A stretch of DNA of 64,000 nucleotides, from IMG/VR virus record IMGVR_UViG_3300020219_000012, positions 36,343 to 100,342 of that record. One strand, given 5' to 3'. Positions 7,846-17,833 of this stretch are shown piece after piece; within the stretch, counting starts at the first letter, position 1; each line of letters starts with the position of its first letter. The stretch is from a virus. The translations under genes and the position numbers were made by a program. Below the pieces are notes generated by a model. That model saw only the letters and a list, made by a program, of their open reading frames with translations, was not told the DNA's origin and made no database searches.

Positions 7846-10677
7846 ATGGCATACCGCCGACCTGCAATTGAAGTCATTCAGGAGTTCCAGGAGGCCGCTG
7901 CCTCCCTGTCGCTTCCCTCCTTGCCCGCCGTTATCGTGGGGCCCGGTTATCAGATCAAGGACGACGTTAACGTCGGCGTCTATTCTGAGACCGACCTCGC
8001 CGTGACCTCCTACGTCTACTCGGGGCTGTTCGCTGGATCGATCGTCGATCTGGCCGACGCCCCGGAGGACGAGGCCGCAGCCAACGCGCACAAGTCCGTT
8101 GGGGTCGAGCTCAAGGATGCCTTCTTGGTCAAGGAGCCCGCGCTCCCCTCGACCTCGCAGATTACCGGCAAGCTCGCCACGACGAACCTGTTCCAGGACG
8201 TCACGGTTGGAGTGTTCTCCTCGTTCGATCCGGACGCCGATGAGGCTCCAACCTTCTACGTTGACGTCATCAGCGGCGCCGGGCTGGACCCCGCCGACGT
8301 CGGCCGCAAGCTGGTCATCGACAAGAACAGTGACAACGAGCTCGTGGTGGCGGCGGAGTGGAAGTCCTCGCTTCCCCTCCTCAACGTTGTCTACCGCGTC
8401 CTCGAGTTCCGCGAGTCCGAGGTCTACCCCGAGACCGACTTCGACGTCGCCGGCATCTCCAAGGATTCCGTCGGCGTTGACATCAACCCCGGCCTCAAGA
8501 CCGTCACCGACGCGGTCCCGATGACCGTGGTCGAGGGTACCGTCCTCCTGTCGTGGCGCGCGCTGCGGCCCGACCTGGCCGGCGCCTTGACTGCATTCAC
8601 CGACCTGGACTCACTCGAGGCGGTATTCGGGGTCGGCTCGATCGTCCCCGCCAACACCGGCGCCTACGCGATCAACCTCGCCCTTCTGAACACCACCACG
8701 GAGGTGAACTTCACGGGGCTTGGGGCCGCGCTGTTCACCAGCGAAGAGAACGCTTACCAGGACGCCCTCGAGTACCTCGAGAACAAGGATGTCTACGGCG
8801 TCGCGATTCTCACGCAGAACGCAGCCGTTCATCAGATCCTGAAGACCCACGTGACCGGGATGTCCCTGTCGACGGTCGGACGCGAGCGAGTTGGTTTTCT
8901 CAACCGCGTGCTCAGCACGGTCGAGGTCGCGGTGCCGGCTTCTGGCATCGGCAACGAGATCACCGCCGGCGCCAGCAACGGCATCAGCGGCGCCACCAAC
9001 ACAGAGTTCAAGGATCCAACCAACGGATCGTTCATCACGGACGACGTCGGCGTCGGCTACTTCCTTGAGATCGTCGACTACACGGCAGTCTCCGGCGTCC
9101 ACCGGTCGGTAACCCCCAACGAGCGCGACTACCTCAGATCCGGCCCAGACCAGCTGCAGATCGTCGGGGCGGCTTTTACGGGGACCGACATCGGCCGTAA
9201 GATCATCGTTCGCGGCGCCACCACCGGTGCCAACAACATCGTCTTCACGATCAGTGCTGCTGCCAGCGCGATCAAGGCGACGGTGACCCCGACGCCGACG
9301 GCCGAGCTCATGCTCAGCACGACCCGGGCATGGATCGCGGACACCCAGCGCGTTATCACGCACAACGCCGCGGACGCGGTCGTTCTGGCAACCAGCACCT
9401 GGTCGTTCCTCAACGGCGCCTTCACGGCTGCCGATGTGGGCCGCCTGCTGTTCGTGGCCGGCACGGCCACCGCGGGCAACAGCGGCGCCTTCACGATCGC
9501 CGAGATCGTCAGCGCCACGTCGATCCGGACGGTCGAGGCTCCCGCGGCTGACGAGACCCTTGGTGTCGGTGTGACCCAGAGCGTCTACACCGTCAACCGC
9601 GAGCCGGCTCGCGACGTCACCTCGGACTCGGTCAACGGTACCAGCCGTGAGTGGACCATCCTTGGCGGCGCCTTCACGTCGGCCGACATCGGTCGACGCC
9701 TCAGTGTCGCTGGGGCATCCAGCGCTGGTAACAACAGCGCCCTCCATGTCATCGAGTCCATCGTCTCCTCGACCGTGGTCAAGACCGACAACACCACGAC
9801 TCCGGTCACCGAGACGTTCAGCGGGCTCGCCGTCACCCTCTCCACGCTTGACGTGGTGTCGGTGACTCCGAGCGCGGACGAGGAAGACTACATCCTCAAC
9901 ACCCGCCACCAGATCGCCAGCATCTCTTCGGAGAGCTCGCTGGTCTTGGTTGCCGATGCGACCGCCGGCTTCGGCGGCACACTCGGCAGCGTCGAGTACC
10001 GCATCACCAAGGATCTATCGCTCACCGAGCAGGCGACCCTGCTGGCTGGCTACGCGACGTCGCTGGGCACCCGTCGCCTGGTTTCGTCCTGGCCGGACGT
10101 CCTGGCAGTGTCCGTGAACTCCCTGGCCACGAAGGTCCCCGGCTACTTCGCCGGTGCCGTTCTGGCCGGCATGACGGCCGGGCTGCCCAGCCAGGCCGGG
10201 TTCACCAACCTGACCATGACCGGGTTCGTGGGTCGCGAGAACTCGGATGACCGGTTCTCGGACGCGCAGCTGGACGTCATCGCCGGCGGCGGCAACATGA
10301 TCCTGACCCAGTCGGTGCCGGATGCGGCGCTGGGCGTGCGCCATCAGCTGACGACCGACCTGTCGACGATCCAGTTCCAGGAGTTCTCGGTCACCAAGAA
10401 CGTCGACCTGATTGCGCGGTTCTTCCGTGGCGTCTACCGGCCGTTCCTGGGCATCTACAACATCACCGATGGGCTGATGGACCTGCTCAAGACCCGAGGC
10501 GAAGGTGCGTTGGCGTTCCTCAGGTCGCAGCGTGTGGCACGGCTCGGTCCGCCCATCCTGACGGGCGAGATGACCCGCATCGAGACTTCCGAGACTCAGC
10601 CCGACACCGTCGAGATCGACATCGAGATCAGCGTGCCGCTGCCGCTCAACAACATCAAGCTGACCCTGCTGGTCTAA
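7846..10677 (+). CDS. Contractile tail sheath protein with inserted repeat domains
   Basis: MAYRRPAIEVIQE N-terminus; C-terminal PGYFAGAVLAG, RHQLTTD, EFSV and VPLPLNNIKLTLLV typical of sheaths. Confidence 0.85.
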   Translation: MAYRRPAIEVIQEFQEAAASLSLPSLPAVIVGPGYQIKDDVNVGVYSETDLAVTSYVYSGLFAGSIVDLADAPEDEAAANAHKSVGVELKDAFLVKEPALPSTSQITGKLATTNLFQDVTVGVFSSFDPDADEAPTFYVDVISGAGLDPADVGRKLVIDKNSDNELVVAAEWKSSLPLLNVVYRVLEFRESEVYPETDFDVAGISKDSVGVDINPGLKTVTDAVPMTVVEGTVLLSWRALRPDLAGALTAFTDLDSLEAVFGVGSIVPANTGAYAINLALLNTTTEVNFTGLGAALFTSEENAYQDALEYLENKDVYGVAILTQNAAVHQILKTHVTGMSLSTVGRERVGFLNRVLSTVEVAVPASGIGNEITAGASNGISGATNTEFKDPTNGSFITDDVGVGYFLEIVDYTAVSGVHRSVTPNERDYLRSGPDQLQIVGAAFTGTDIGRKIIVRGATTGANNIVFTISAAASAIKATVTPTPTAELMLSTTRAWIADTQRVITHNAADAVVLATSTWSFLNGAFTAADVGRLLFVAGTATAGNSGAFTIAEIVSATSIRTVEAPAADETLGVGVTQSVYTVNREPARDVTSDSVNGTSREWTILGGAFTSADIGRRLSVAGASSAGNNSALHVIESIVSSTVVKTDNTTTPVTETFSGLAVTLSTLDVVSVTPSADEEDYILNTRHQIASISSESSLVLVADATAGFGGTLGSVEYRITKDLSLTEQATLLAGYATSLGTRRLVSSWPDVLAVSVNSLATKVPGYFAGAVLAGMTAGLPSQAGFTNLTMTGFVGRENSDDRFSDAQLDVIAGGGNMILTQSVPDAALGVRHQLTTDLSTIQFQEFSVTKNVDLIARFFRGVYRPFLGIYNITDGLMDLLKTRGEGALAFLRSQRVARLGPPILTGEMTRIETSETQPDTVEIDIEISVPLPLNNIKLTLLV

Positions 10678-10710
10678 GCCGCCCCACTAGCTAGGTAAGG
10701 AGACTCAGCA

Positions 10711-11484
10711 ATGCCACTTCGTCCACAGGCCACGACCAGCTTCAACAACTGGAACTTTCACAACCACCACGTTCAAGAGGAACTGATGGGTGGAGAGTTC
10801 ATCTCCGCCGAGACCACGCTCATCGCGGCAGGTCCGCCGCGCCTGACCGACGTCGGCAACGGCGACACCGAGATTTCGGCCGACGAGGGCGACCTCGTCT
10901 TCCCGATCGGCGTTCTCGAAAACGTGGGCATGAGCCAGTCCAAGCAGCTGCAGCGGATCTTCGAGATCGGCTCGAGCCGCAGCTACTTCGTGCCCGGCCG
11001 CACCGTCGGGTCGCTGACCCTGGGGCGCGTGCTCTATCACGGTCCCTCGCTGCTCAAGGTGCTCTACGCGCACTACAAGCAGAGCCGCGGCGACATCCGC
11101 TTCAACCACAAGGGCAAGGGCGCCACGATGAACCAGGGCGGCGTCCAGGTTCCTGACCCGAACGCTACCCTGCTCGAGCTCGCCTCGCTGCAGAACGAGC
11201 TGCACCGGGTGAAGTTCAACCCGGGCTACGACGACCTGTGGCTCAACCTGGCGTCGGATCTATTCAACCAGCCGACCGGCATGGCGATCTACTTCCGCAA
11301 CCAGCTCGACATGACGGTTGGCGGCGTCTACCTCGAGGAGTGCTACATCCAGGGCCACCAGCTCTCGATCAGCTCCGGCTCAGCGCTCCTCATGGAGGGC
11401 GTCTCGCTGCAGTTCGAACAGGTTCGCCCGATCCGCATGCGCCTCGGTGGCGCAGGCCAGCCGCTCTACGCTAACGTCGGCTAA
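10711..11484 (+). CDS. Tail tube protein
   Basis: Follows the sheath; PIGVLENVGMSQSKQLQRIFEIGS and GGVYLEECYIQGH. Confidence 0.75.
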   Translation: MPLRPQATTSFNNWNFHNHHVQEELMGGEFISAETTLIAAGPPRLTDVGNGDTEISADEGDLVFPIGVLENVGMSQSKQLQRIFEIGSSRSYFVPGRTVGSLTLGRVLYHGPSLLKVLYAHYKQSRGDIRFNHKGKGATMNQGGVQVPDPNATLLELASLQNELHRVKFNPGYDDLWLNLASDLFNQPTGMAIYFRNQLDMTVGGVYLEECYIQGHQLSISSGSALLMEGVSLQFEQVRPIRMRLGGAGQPLYANVG

Positions 11485-11486
11485 TC

Positions 11487-11741
11487 ATGAACCGGCAGGC
11501 ATTCGCAGATGAGCTCATGAAGGTCGCCGCCGGTGGCCTGTTCACGCGCATGGGCGCCATCGGTGCAGCATCAGGCCTTGGCGCCCTGGGCCTTGGCAAG
11601 ATGAAGCACATGATGACCGGCGATCCGTATGATGAGCCGGCGGACAACGTCCTGGGAGCCGCTGCCAAGGGCGGACTTGGCGGCCTGTCGGTTGCTGGAC
11701 TCTTGCACCTGATTGGCAAGGCGTCCCGCAAGGTGCCCTAG
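11487..11741 (+). CDS. Small K-x-A family membrane-like protein
   Basis: AFADELMKVAA; Gly-rich hydrophobic helices. Confidence 0.55.
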   Translation: MNRQAFADELMKVAAGGLFTRMGAIGAASGLGALGLGKMKHMMTGDPYDEPADNVLGAAAKGGLGGLSVAGLLHLIGKASRKVP

Positions 11742-12244
11742 CCCCAGGCTGGCACCCCGGAGAGCGCCTTCAGCGCCCGCTTCTCACAGGCATCCTCCCA
11801 GCCGGGCTGGACCGTCACCCGGATCACCTTGATGGTGAAGTAGGTGATCTGGTACTTCTCGCTGGGCGGGACGTACCTGATCTCGACCGAGCGCGGAAAC
11901 ACGGCGTCCATCGCAGCGATGAAGAGGATGATGGTGTCGCGCCAGTCAGCCTGAATGGGGCGCAGCGGGAACATCTGGTAGATGTAGTCGTCGCCATCCT
12001 TGGTGTGCTCGATCATCCAACGCGAGCCAGACTGCCTGAACTCCTTGTAGTGGATGGCTGTGATGCCCATCGCCTCGGCTGAGCCGGAGAGGCGCTCTCC
12101 CAGATCCCGGCTTGCCTTGTCGAGCTCGAGCTCGTCATGGAGCAGCTGGTCGATCTCAGCCGCACGGCGGCGCACCGACTCCTTGTTCTCTTTGGCTTCG
12201 TCGGCCTTCCTGGCGACCGATCCGGAATCAAACATTCGTCCCAT
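11738..12244 (-). CDS. Hypothetical protein
   Basis: 168-aa ORF convergent with the structural operon. Confidence 0.55.
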   Translation of the reverse strand: MGRMFDSGSVARKADEAKENKESVRRRAAEIDQLLHDELELDKASRDLGERLSGSAEAMGITAIHYKEFRQSGSRWMIEHTKDGDDYIYQMFPLRPIQADWRDTIILFIAAMDAVFPRSVEIRYVPPSEKYQITYFTIKVIRVTVQPGWEDACEKRALKALSGVPAWG

Positions 12245-12309
12245 GAAAGGGACGGTATGCCAAAACCTACGCTTCCGTCAACGCCGATGCGCAGGCTAAA
12301 AAAGGTGGC

Positions 12310-12663
12310 TCACGTGAACATGTAGACGCGAAACTTCGCGTTCGCCGTCGTCGTCACCGACAGAGCGGTCAGCCCGCCATTGGGATTGAACCAAGCCCAG
12401 AACCCGCCATCGACCGAGATGGGTAGGACCTCGGTGGAGCCATTGATCTTGAGGTCACCCTCCCCGGTCTCTACTTCGATGTAGCAGGCCTTGGCGTCGG
12501 TCAGCCGGCCCATCAGGCTCTGGTCGGTCTGCGCGCCAGTGATGCCCACGTCGTCGACAGTGCGCTGCGTGTAGATCAGCGAGGCGCTGAACGTGCGGGT
12601 CGGCGGGGTCGCCTCGGCGCCCAGAGGAAAGGAGATCGTCCCGGCGATGGTCAAGGTCGGCAT
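12310..12663 (-). CDS. Hypothetical beta-rich protein
   Basis: 117-aa ORF. Confidence 0.55.
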   Translation of the reverse strand: MPTLTIAGTISFPLGAEATPPTRTFSASLIYTQRTVDDVGITGAQTDQSLMGRLTDAKACYIEVETGEGDLKINGSTEVLPISVDGGFWAWFNPNGGLTALSVTTTANAKFRVYMFT

Positions 12664-12678
12664 CGCCCGATACTACAC

Positions 12679-13470
12679 CTACTCAACGAGCACGGCAGCC
12701 CGGTCGATCTTCTCGTGGAAAGCCGGGTCCGCCGAGGCGACGAAGCTAAGGAGCGCGCCCGCAGACTCGCGATACTCGGTCGGGGTCATCGCACCGGAGA
12801 GGTGCTGGATCCTCTGAAGGATGAAGGCCGTCTGAAAGACGTCCTGCATGCAGTAGGTGTCGATCTCAAGGAACTTGCCCTCCTTGAATGCATCGTAGAC
12901 CTTGCTGCCGTCGATGCCGACCTTGCCGGGTAGACCCATCAGCATCGCCAGGTTTGCCATGTGCGGCCGCTGGAACGATCCCTTGTTGGTCCAGAGCTCC
13001 GCCAGGTCCATGTGGTGACCGGCGTAGCGATCGCGATACTCCTTGGACCACTGCGACTTGCCGCCCTTGTTGTCGTCGAGAAGGCCGAAGTACCACGGCA
13101 TGGGGATACCGTAGCGAAAGGCCCTGGTTTGCAAGACCGGAACATCAAACCCTCGGCCATGCCAGTCGACCAGGCGAAGCGGTTCCCGTTGCTCGAATAG
13201 AGAGCCGGAGGCGGCGGCGCTCCACCGCTCAATCATCTCCTTCTCGCTCTTGCCGCCAGCTAGGCCGCCGGCCGCGCAGCCACCCTTGACCGGCCTGAAC
13301 CGTTCATCCAGGGCCAGCATCCCGATCGTCACAACCCTGTGCATTGAGATCGGCGGGAAGTCCGGGACGGGCTTCCCCTTCTCTGCCGAGATCCTGCACT
13401 CCTCGGCCCACGTCGACTGAAGCTCCGTCTCCGGGATCGTCTCGATGTCCTGAACCAGATATTTGACCAT
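12679..13470 (-). CDS. DEDD 3'-5' exonuclease (PolB-proofreading-like)
   Basis: DIET, GRGFDVPVL, HMDL, GKVGIDGSKV and YCMQDV motifs. Confidence 0.85.
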   Translation of the reverse strand: MVKYLVQDIETIPETELQSTWAEECRISAEKGKPVPDFPPISMHRVVTIGMLALDERFRPVKGGCAAGGLAGGKSEKEMIERWSAAASGSLFEQREPLRLVDWHGRGFDVPVLQTRAFRYGIPMPWYFGLLDDNKGGKSQWSKEYRDRYAGHHMDLAELWTNKGSFQRPHMANLAMLMGLPGKVGIDGSKVYDAFKEGKFLEIDTYCMQDVFQTAFILQRIQHLSGAMTPTEYRESAGALLSFVASADPAFHEKIDRAAVLVE

Positions 13471-13909
13471 GCTGCTTCTCCAGGAAGAGCCATCGCCCTT
13501 CTCGTCGGTGGACCGGACGACCGATTTTCACCATCTCTTCGTAGGTGAAATTTCCTGTCTTGGCCGGCAGATCGCTTGGGTGGATTCGATACGCAGTATC
13601 TAGAGAGACTCTGACAATGCCAAAGGCCTCCACCCCCGCCCTGTCCATTTTTCGCAGCATAGAGATCTGTGGGCCCGAGAAGGTGTGCTTGAGCATCTGT
13701 CCAATGCGGCGCCCCCTGTGGAGGGAGTTCGGCATCAGTGGCTGAATCTGCTTGGCCTCCACCGCCAAGGGCCTCTCGTCCAGGCGCCAGCACAGCAGGT
13801 CTGGGATCCCGAGCGTGTAGCCATCGTTTGGCCTGACGATGACTGCCGCATCCCCGTAGATGAGCTCGAGCGTCCTGATGAGCGCATCGACGAATCCGCG
13901 CTCAACCAT
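13304..13909 (-). CDS. PD-(D/E)XK nuclease, Holliday-junction resolvase/VRR-NUC-like
   Basis: GIPDLLC..LAVEAK and SGPQISML. Confidence 0.65.
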   Translation of the reverse strand: MVERGFVDALIRTLELIYGDAAVIVRPNDGYTLGIPDLLCWRLDERPLAVEAKQIQPLMPNSLHRGRRIGQMLKHTFSGPQISMLRKMDRAGVEAFGIVRVSLDTAYRIHPSDLPAKTGNFTYEEMVKIGRPVHRREGRWLFLEKQHGQISGSGHRDDPGDGASVDVGRGVQDLGREGEARPGLPADLNAQGCDDRDAGPG

Positions 13910-14504
13910 ACCGCCTGGCCTTGCCGATCTCGAAGGTGGTCTTGACCGCCGCCCCCGTGGCATCAATTCGTATCACTTGCTCTCCCAGCCCGGGCTGCTT
14001 GAAGGTCGGGTCCCTGGGCGGCCAGGAGCCTGACATTTTAATAACCGCCGCGACGGTCGGGTTGAGCCAGGTGAGCATCTCATCGACGGTGCACCAGTTG
14101 ACCCCCAGTGGCTTACGCGATGACATGCGGGGTATGAGATAGAGCTCGCCCAGCGGCGAGGAGAACTGGATGTATCTGATATTCATCCACTTGACGTATC
14201 GGAGTTCCCAGAGCTCTGGGTCCAGGTGGGTCGTGCGATACACTTCGGCGAGCCGCTCGTTGACTCGCTCCCAGGCCAGTATCACGCTATCGAGCTCCTT
14301 GTCGAAGCGAGAGGTGTCCTCGTCTCGGATGGAGTTCTCGACCTGCAGGCAAAGCTGGTCCAGGTATGGCTGAACCTTCGGATCGCCGGCCGCGTAGTCA
14401 TTCCATCCGGGGAGACGCTCAGATTGAAGACGTGTCACTTCCCGGACGAGGCGAGCTCGCAGCTTCGCCTCCGTCGTCATGGGTTGGTCGCTGGTCATGA
14501 TCAC
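13902..14504 (-). CDS. Hypothetical protein
   Basis: 200-aa ORF in operon. Confidence 0.55.
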   Translation of the reverse strand: MIMTSDQPMTTEAKLRARLVREVTRLQSERLPGWNDYAAGDPKVQPYLDQLCLQVENSIRDEDTSRFDKELDSVILAWERVNERLAEVYRTTHLDPELWELRYVKWMNIRYIQFSSPLGELYLIPRMSSRKPLGVNWCTVDEMLTWLNPTVAAVIKMSGSWPPRDPTFKQPGLGEQVIRIDATGAAVKTTFEIGKARRYG

Positions 14505-14817
14505 CCCATATATCGATGGATAGGGTCCGGACCTTCGTAAGGTCCTGGCCCTTGAATTGTTCAGAACGAATGTAACCCTCGATCGTCACCCAGGAGCCCA
14601 GTCGGGCCTCGCGTGCGACCTTCTCGGCGTCCCTGCCGACCACCTCTACCAGCACGCGGTTCTTGCGTGCTCTGGCCTCACCGTCTGGATTGAGCCAGCT
14701 TTCGACCATGCATAGCTGAAAAGAAGTCAGCTTCGTCCTGGGACTGAGTGAACTGACCGTTGGCGTCGAGACCACAGTCCCCTGAAGCCAAGTCCGGTTG
14801 ATGAACGGTGGCGGCAT
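14419..14817 (-). CDS. ssb: Single-stranded DNA-binding protein
   Basis: INRTWLQG..P..VEVVG..GSWVTIEGYIR OB-fold pattern. Confidence 0.75.
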   Translation of the reverse strand: MPPPFINRTWLQGTVVSTPTVSSLSPRTKLTSFQLCMVESWLNPDGEARARKNRVLVEVVGRDAEKVAREARLGSWVTIEGYIRSEQFKGQDLTKVRTLSIDIWGDHDQRPTHDDGGEAASSPRPGSDTSSI

Positions 14818-15166
14818 TTCGTTCCTGTGACTCTGCCATAGCCATGCGTAGTTTGCGCAAGGCGCTTACCTCGATCTGCCTGACCCGCTCCCGGGTCAAG
14901 TCCATCGCATCGCCAATCTCGTCGAGCGTGTGGGACCCGCCGGCCTCGGCTCCAACGAAGGTGCAGTTCATGTACCCCGCCTGCCTGATGGCGAAGGGGC
15001 AGCCGCGATTGGTGCACGGCTCATTCGGGAAGACCTGCCGCAAGTCCGGGCATCGGTCGGCCAGCACGCGACTCGGCGTTCCGATGATCCGATTCACCTC
15101 TTCGGTGTTGAACTCGCGCTTGATTCTCACGGTGTGTCTGTTCCTGGGGTTACTGCGCCGGGTCAA
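14678..15166 (-). CDS. Sigma70 region-4 HTH protein with Cys-rich N-terminus
   Basis: TLDEIGDAMDLTRERVRQIEVSALRKLR. Confidence 0.75.
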   Translation of the reverse strand: MTRRSNPRNRHTVRIKREFNTEEVNRIIGTPSRVLADRCPDLRQVFPNEPCTNRGCPFAIRQAGYMNCTFVGAEAGGSHTLDEIGDAMDLTRERVRQIEVSALRKLRMAMAESQERNAATVHQPDLASGDCGLDANGQFTQSQDEADFFSAMHGRKLAQSRR

Positions 15167-15731
15167 GCAGTGACATACGCTATCACGGACGGATCAGCTT
15201 TTCACGCAGGCAGTCGCGGTGTACGTGGCAGACGGCAAGGACCGACTCGTCGACAACGAAGAAGTCCGGATCCGCTGGATCGAGTAGACCGCCGGCCAGC
15301 TCCACCGCAGGGGTGGAGGGCTTGATGGGCTGTCTGCACAGCACACATGTTTTCATATAATGATTCCGCCGCTAAGATCTTTGAGAATCCTTACCGACGG
15401 AAGGCCTAGCCCGTGGCGAGCCTGGTACCACTTGGGGACGGGGAACAGATCGTCGATATGCTGTGACGGGAAGACCAAGCCGAGGATCTCATCCAGTCGC
15501 CAGTGCACGCCCCAGCCTCCGTTTTCGGAGTGCCACTCATGGGTGAGTGGTCGGTCGTCCAGCCAGTGCATGACCTCAACCGCCCACCCGTAGTCGCGTG
15601 GGACCTCGACGCGGGCGGCCTTCCCGCACATTCGGCACCAGGTCTGAACCATGACCGACTCGGACTTGGTCTTCCGATTCGACCGAAGCCACTCGCGGTT
15701 GAGGTCTCGGAGGTGGAGGCACTTGAGGCAA

Positions 15732-16262
15732 TCACCCGCCGCTGGTGGCCGTCTGGATCGTGAACGAGGAGAGGTCATCGTCGGTCTCCTTCGTGAGTCC
15801 ACGGCTGTGCACGGGCAGGGTGGACATCGTCTCCCTGGCCTCTCGGATTGCAGCCAGCGATTCACCCACGCCGGGTAGCGCCAGGTCGAGGCCGGCCAGG
15901 CTCTGCATGGCGAAGTCGAGGCGATTCTCGACGCGGGCCGCGGTCGCCCGAAGATCGGAGGCGAACGCCCCGGCATCCATCCGCGACTGCCGCGTGAAGT
16001 TCTCGAAAAGGTCGATGACGTTCTTGAACGTGGTCACCAGCGGGCGAGAGATGGCGGCGCGAACCCGGTCGTCCCCGAGGGCGGCGCGCTCGAGGAGGTT
16101 GGTGATCGTCAGCAGCGTGTTGTCGGGGAGAACCTGCACGAGCTCCTCGCAGACCCTGCACACATACACGTTCTGCTTGGGCAGATCGATCCTGCCCATC
16201 ACGGACTCACACACAGGACACTTCACATCGTTGGCCTTGGTCATCTGATTCTCCTTATCCAA
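15732..16262 (-). CDS. Zn-ribbon hypothetical protein
   Basis: CPVC..CRVC. Confidence 0.55.
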   Translation of the reverse strand: MDKENQMTKANDVKCPVCESVMGRIDLPKQNVYVCRVCEELVQVLPDNTLLTITNLLERAALGDDRVRAAISRPLVTTFKNVIDLFENFTRQSRMDAGAFASDLRATAARVENRLDFAMQSLAGLDLALPGVGESLAAIREARETMSTLPVHSRGLTKETDDDLSSFTIQTATSGG

Positions 16263-17640
16263 TCGGCATCACGATCGCCTTAAACTGCTCATCCTCGCCG
16301 CGGATCGTAACGGGCGAGGTTGCCTGATCTTTGGTGGGCGCAAACCCTAGTCGGATAAGGCCACTCTTGCACGCCAGTACAGCGGTCAGCAGGAAGCTGG
16401 CGTCGATTGCGACGTTGACCGAGGCCGGTCCGTCGAATCTCCTGGCCCCAATGGATTCCTTGAAACGCCGCCCCGACGGACCCGCGGAGGTGATGCTCAG
16501 CTCGTCACGTAAGACGTCGACGGCCAGCTCGATCCGCGTGTCGCCCTCGCCTCCATCGAGCTTCTTGAGGACGCGCTCGAGCTCGAGGCGGTCAACCGAC
16601 CAGTGACCGCGATGGCCGGCATTTACAGACCGCCAGTTTTCCAGTCCCTGGGTCCCGGTGGCGCCCTTCATGGTCGCGTCGGCGACGGCCTGGTAGTCCG
16701 CGCCGCGGGCCACTATCTGAGTTTCGCTGATCTCGATGGCCGTCCATTCGCGATTGGCCACCGTCCGCAGATAGCGGAAGAACTGCTCACCCACCACAAT
16801 GCCCGGAGGCAGCACACTGCCACGAGGCTGGACCTTCATCTGCGGCAGCTCGAGAATATGAAGGCGTACGCCGTCGGTGCCGACCGCCGTGCACACCACG
16901 GTTCGGTTGGCATCCAGGCTGAAATCGAACAGCACCCCATGCAGACCTGGGCGCGTCGGATCTTTCGAGGTGGCGGCCATGACCCGGTTGCAGATCTCCT
17001 CGAAGTAGAAGGCGGGGACCACCGCCCTAGCCTCCCATGCACGAATGAGTGGCCGAGATGGGAAGATGGCTTGGTCGGCGGTCTGCGGCATGCAGTGCTT
17101 TCCAATCCAGAACCGCCCGTCGCTCACTCCGACGGGGACTGTCTTGAAATTCTGTCGCATTGCATTCGCCGCACTCCTGGCGCGGCGGGCGGGCACGATG
17201 GCCGAGAAGCCAGCGCCGCCGGGCTTCGCCACGCCTACCGCAACGGCGGTCCACAGGGACGTTGAGGCGGCCTCCACGGTCATGCGATCCGAGTCCGGCT
17301 CATAGCCAAGCCTGACGTTGGACAGGAAGGGTAGCGCCTTGGTTGAGGGGATCGCCTTCTCGGCCGCGGACAGGAATCCGAACAGCACCTCACTGTCGAT
17401 CTCCACCCCTACAACCCGTCGGTCGGTGGCGGACGAGCTGGAGACGAAGCAGTCCGTGGGTGGCTTGGCCTTCCTCTTGACCTGCGATTCGTGACGTAGC
17501 TCCTCCGCGGTGACGATCTCCACCTCGCGAACCGGCACGGCGTCCGTCTCTGTCAGTCGGGCCTTCCGTGGTGGGCGGCGTGGGGCGAGGATCTCGGTCG
17601 CCAGGGTGGCCGGCGACAGCTTGTTTTCCATGGTGGGCAT
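16255..17640 (-). CDS. dnaN: DNA polymerase III beta sliding clamp-like protein
   Basis: LPFLSNV, DPTRPGLHGV, VGTDGVRL, IDASFL and KAIVMPI motifs. Confidence 0.8.
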   Translation of the reverse strand: MPTMENKLSPATLATEILAPRRPPRKARLTETDAVPVREVEIVTAEELRHESQVKRKAKPPTDCFVSSSSATDRRVVGVEIDSEVLFGFLSAAEKAIPSTKALPFLSNVRLGYEPDSDRMTVEAASTSLWTAVAVGVAKPGGAGFSAIVPARRARSAANAMRQNFKTVPVGVSDGRFWIGKHCMPQTADQAIFPSRPLIRAWEARAVVPAFYFEEICNRVMAATSKDPTRPGLHGVLFDFSLDANRTVVCTAVGTDGVRLHILELPQMKVQPRGSVLPPGIVVGEQFFRYLRTVANREWTAIEISETQIVARGADYQAVADATMKGATGTQGLENWRSVNAGHRGHWSVDRLELERVLKKLDGGEGDTRIELAVDVLRDELSITSAGPSGRRFKESIGARRFDGPASVNVAIDASFLLTAVLACKSGLIRLGFAPTKDQATSPVTIRGEDEQFKAIVMPIG

Positions 17641-17693
17641 CGGTCGTTCTCCTGGATCCCGTGACGTCGGGGTCCAGATCTCTTATGCCAGCT

Positions 17694-17731
17694 AAAAAAG
17701 TGACCTCTCCCCGCGTGGGGAGGGAGAGGTC
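17694..17731 (-). terminator. Intrinsic terminator
   Basis: GACCTCTCCC..GGGAGAGGTC stem followed by TTTTTT. Confidence 0.7.
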
Positions 17732-17833
17732 CACGGCACAGGTGCGCCCCCACACACGACGCCAACATCAAATCCATCGCGTTCCACCGAAACGAAGGAT
17801 TCGATTATTGGATACCTGCTCCTCTCGTAACTC

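Noticed and set aside
3407-9909. Long antisense ORFs (e.g. 3407..5026 and 8611..9909)
   Set aside because: These are shadow ORFs of GC-rich, strongly biased sense genes.
7846-11484. Extracellular contractile injection system or tailocin
   Set aside because: Capsid, neck and replication genes are present, so this is a phage.
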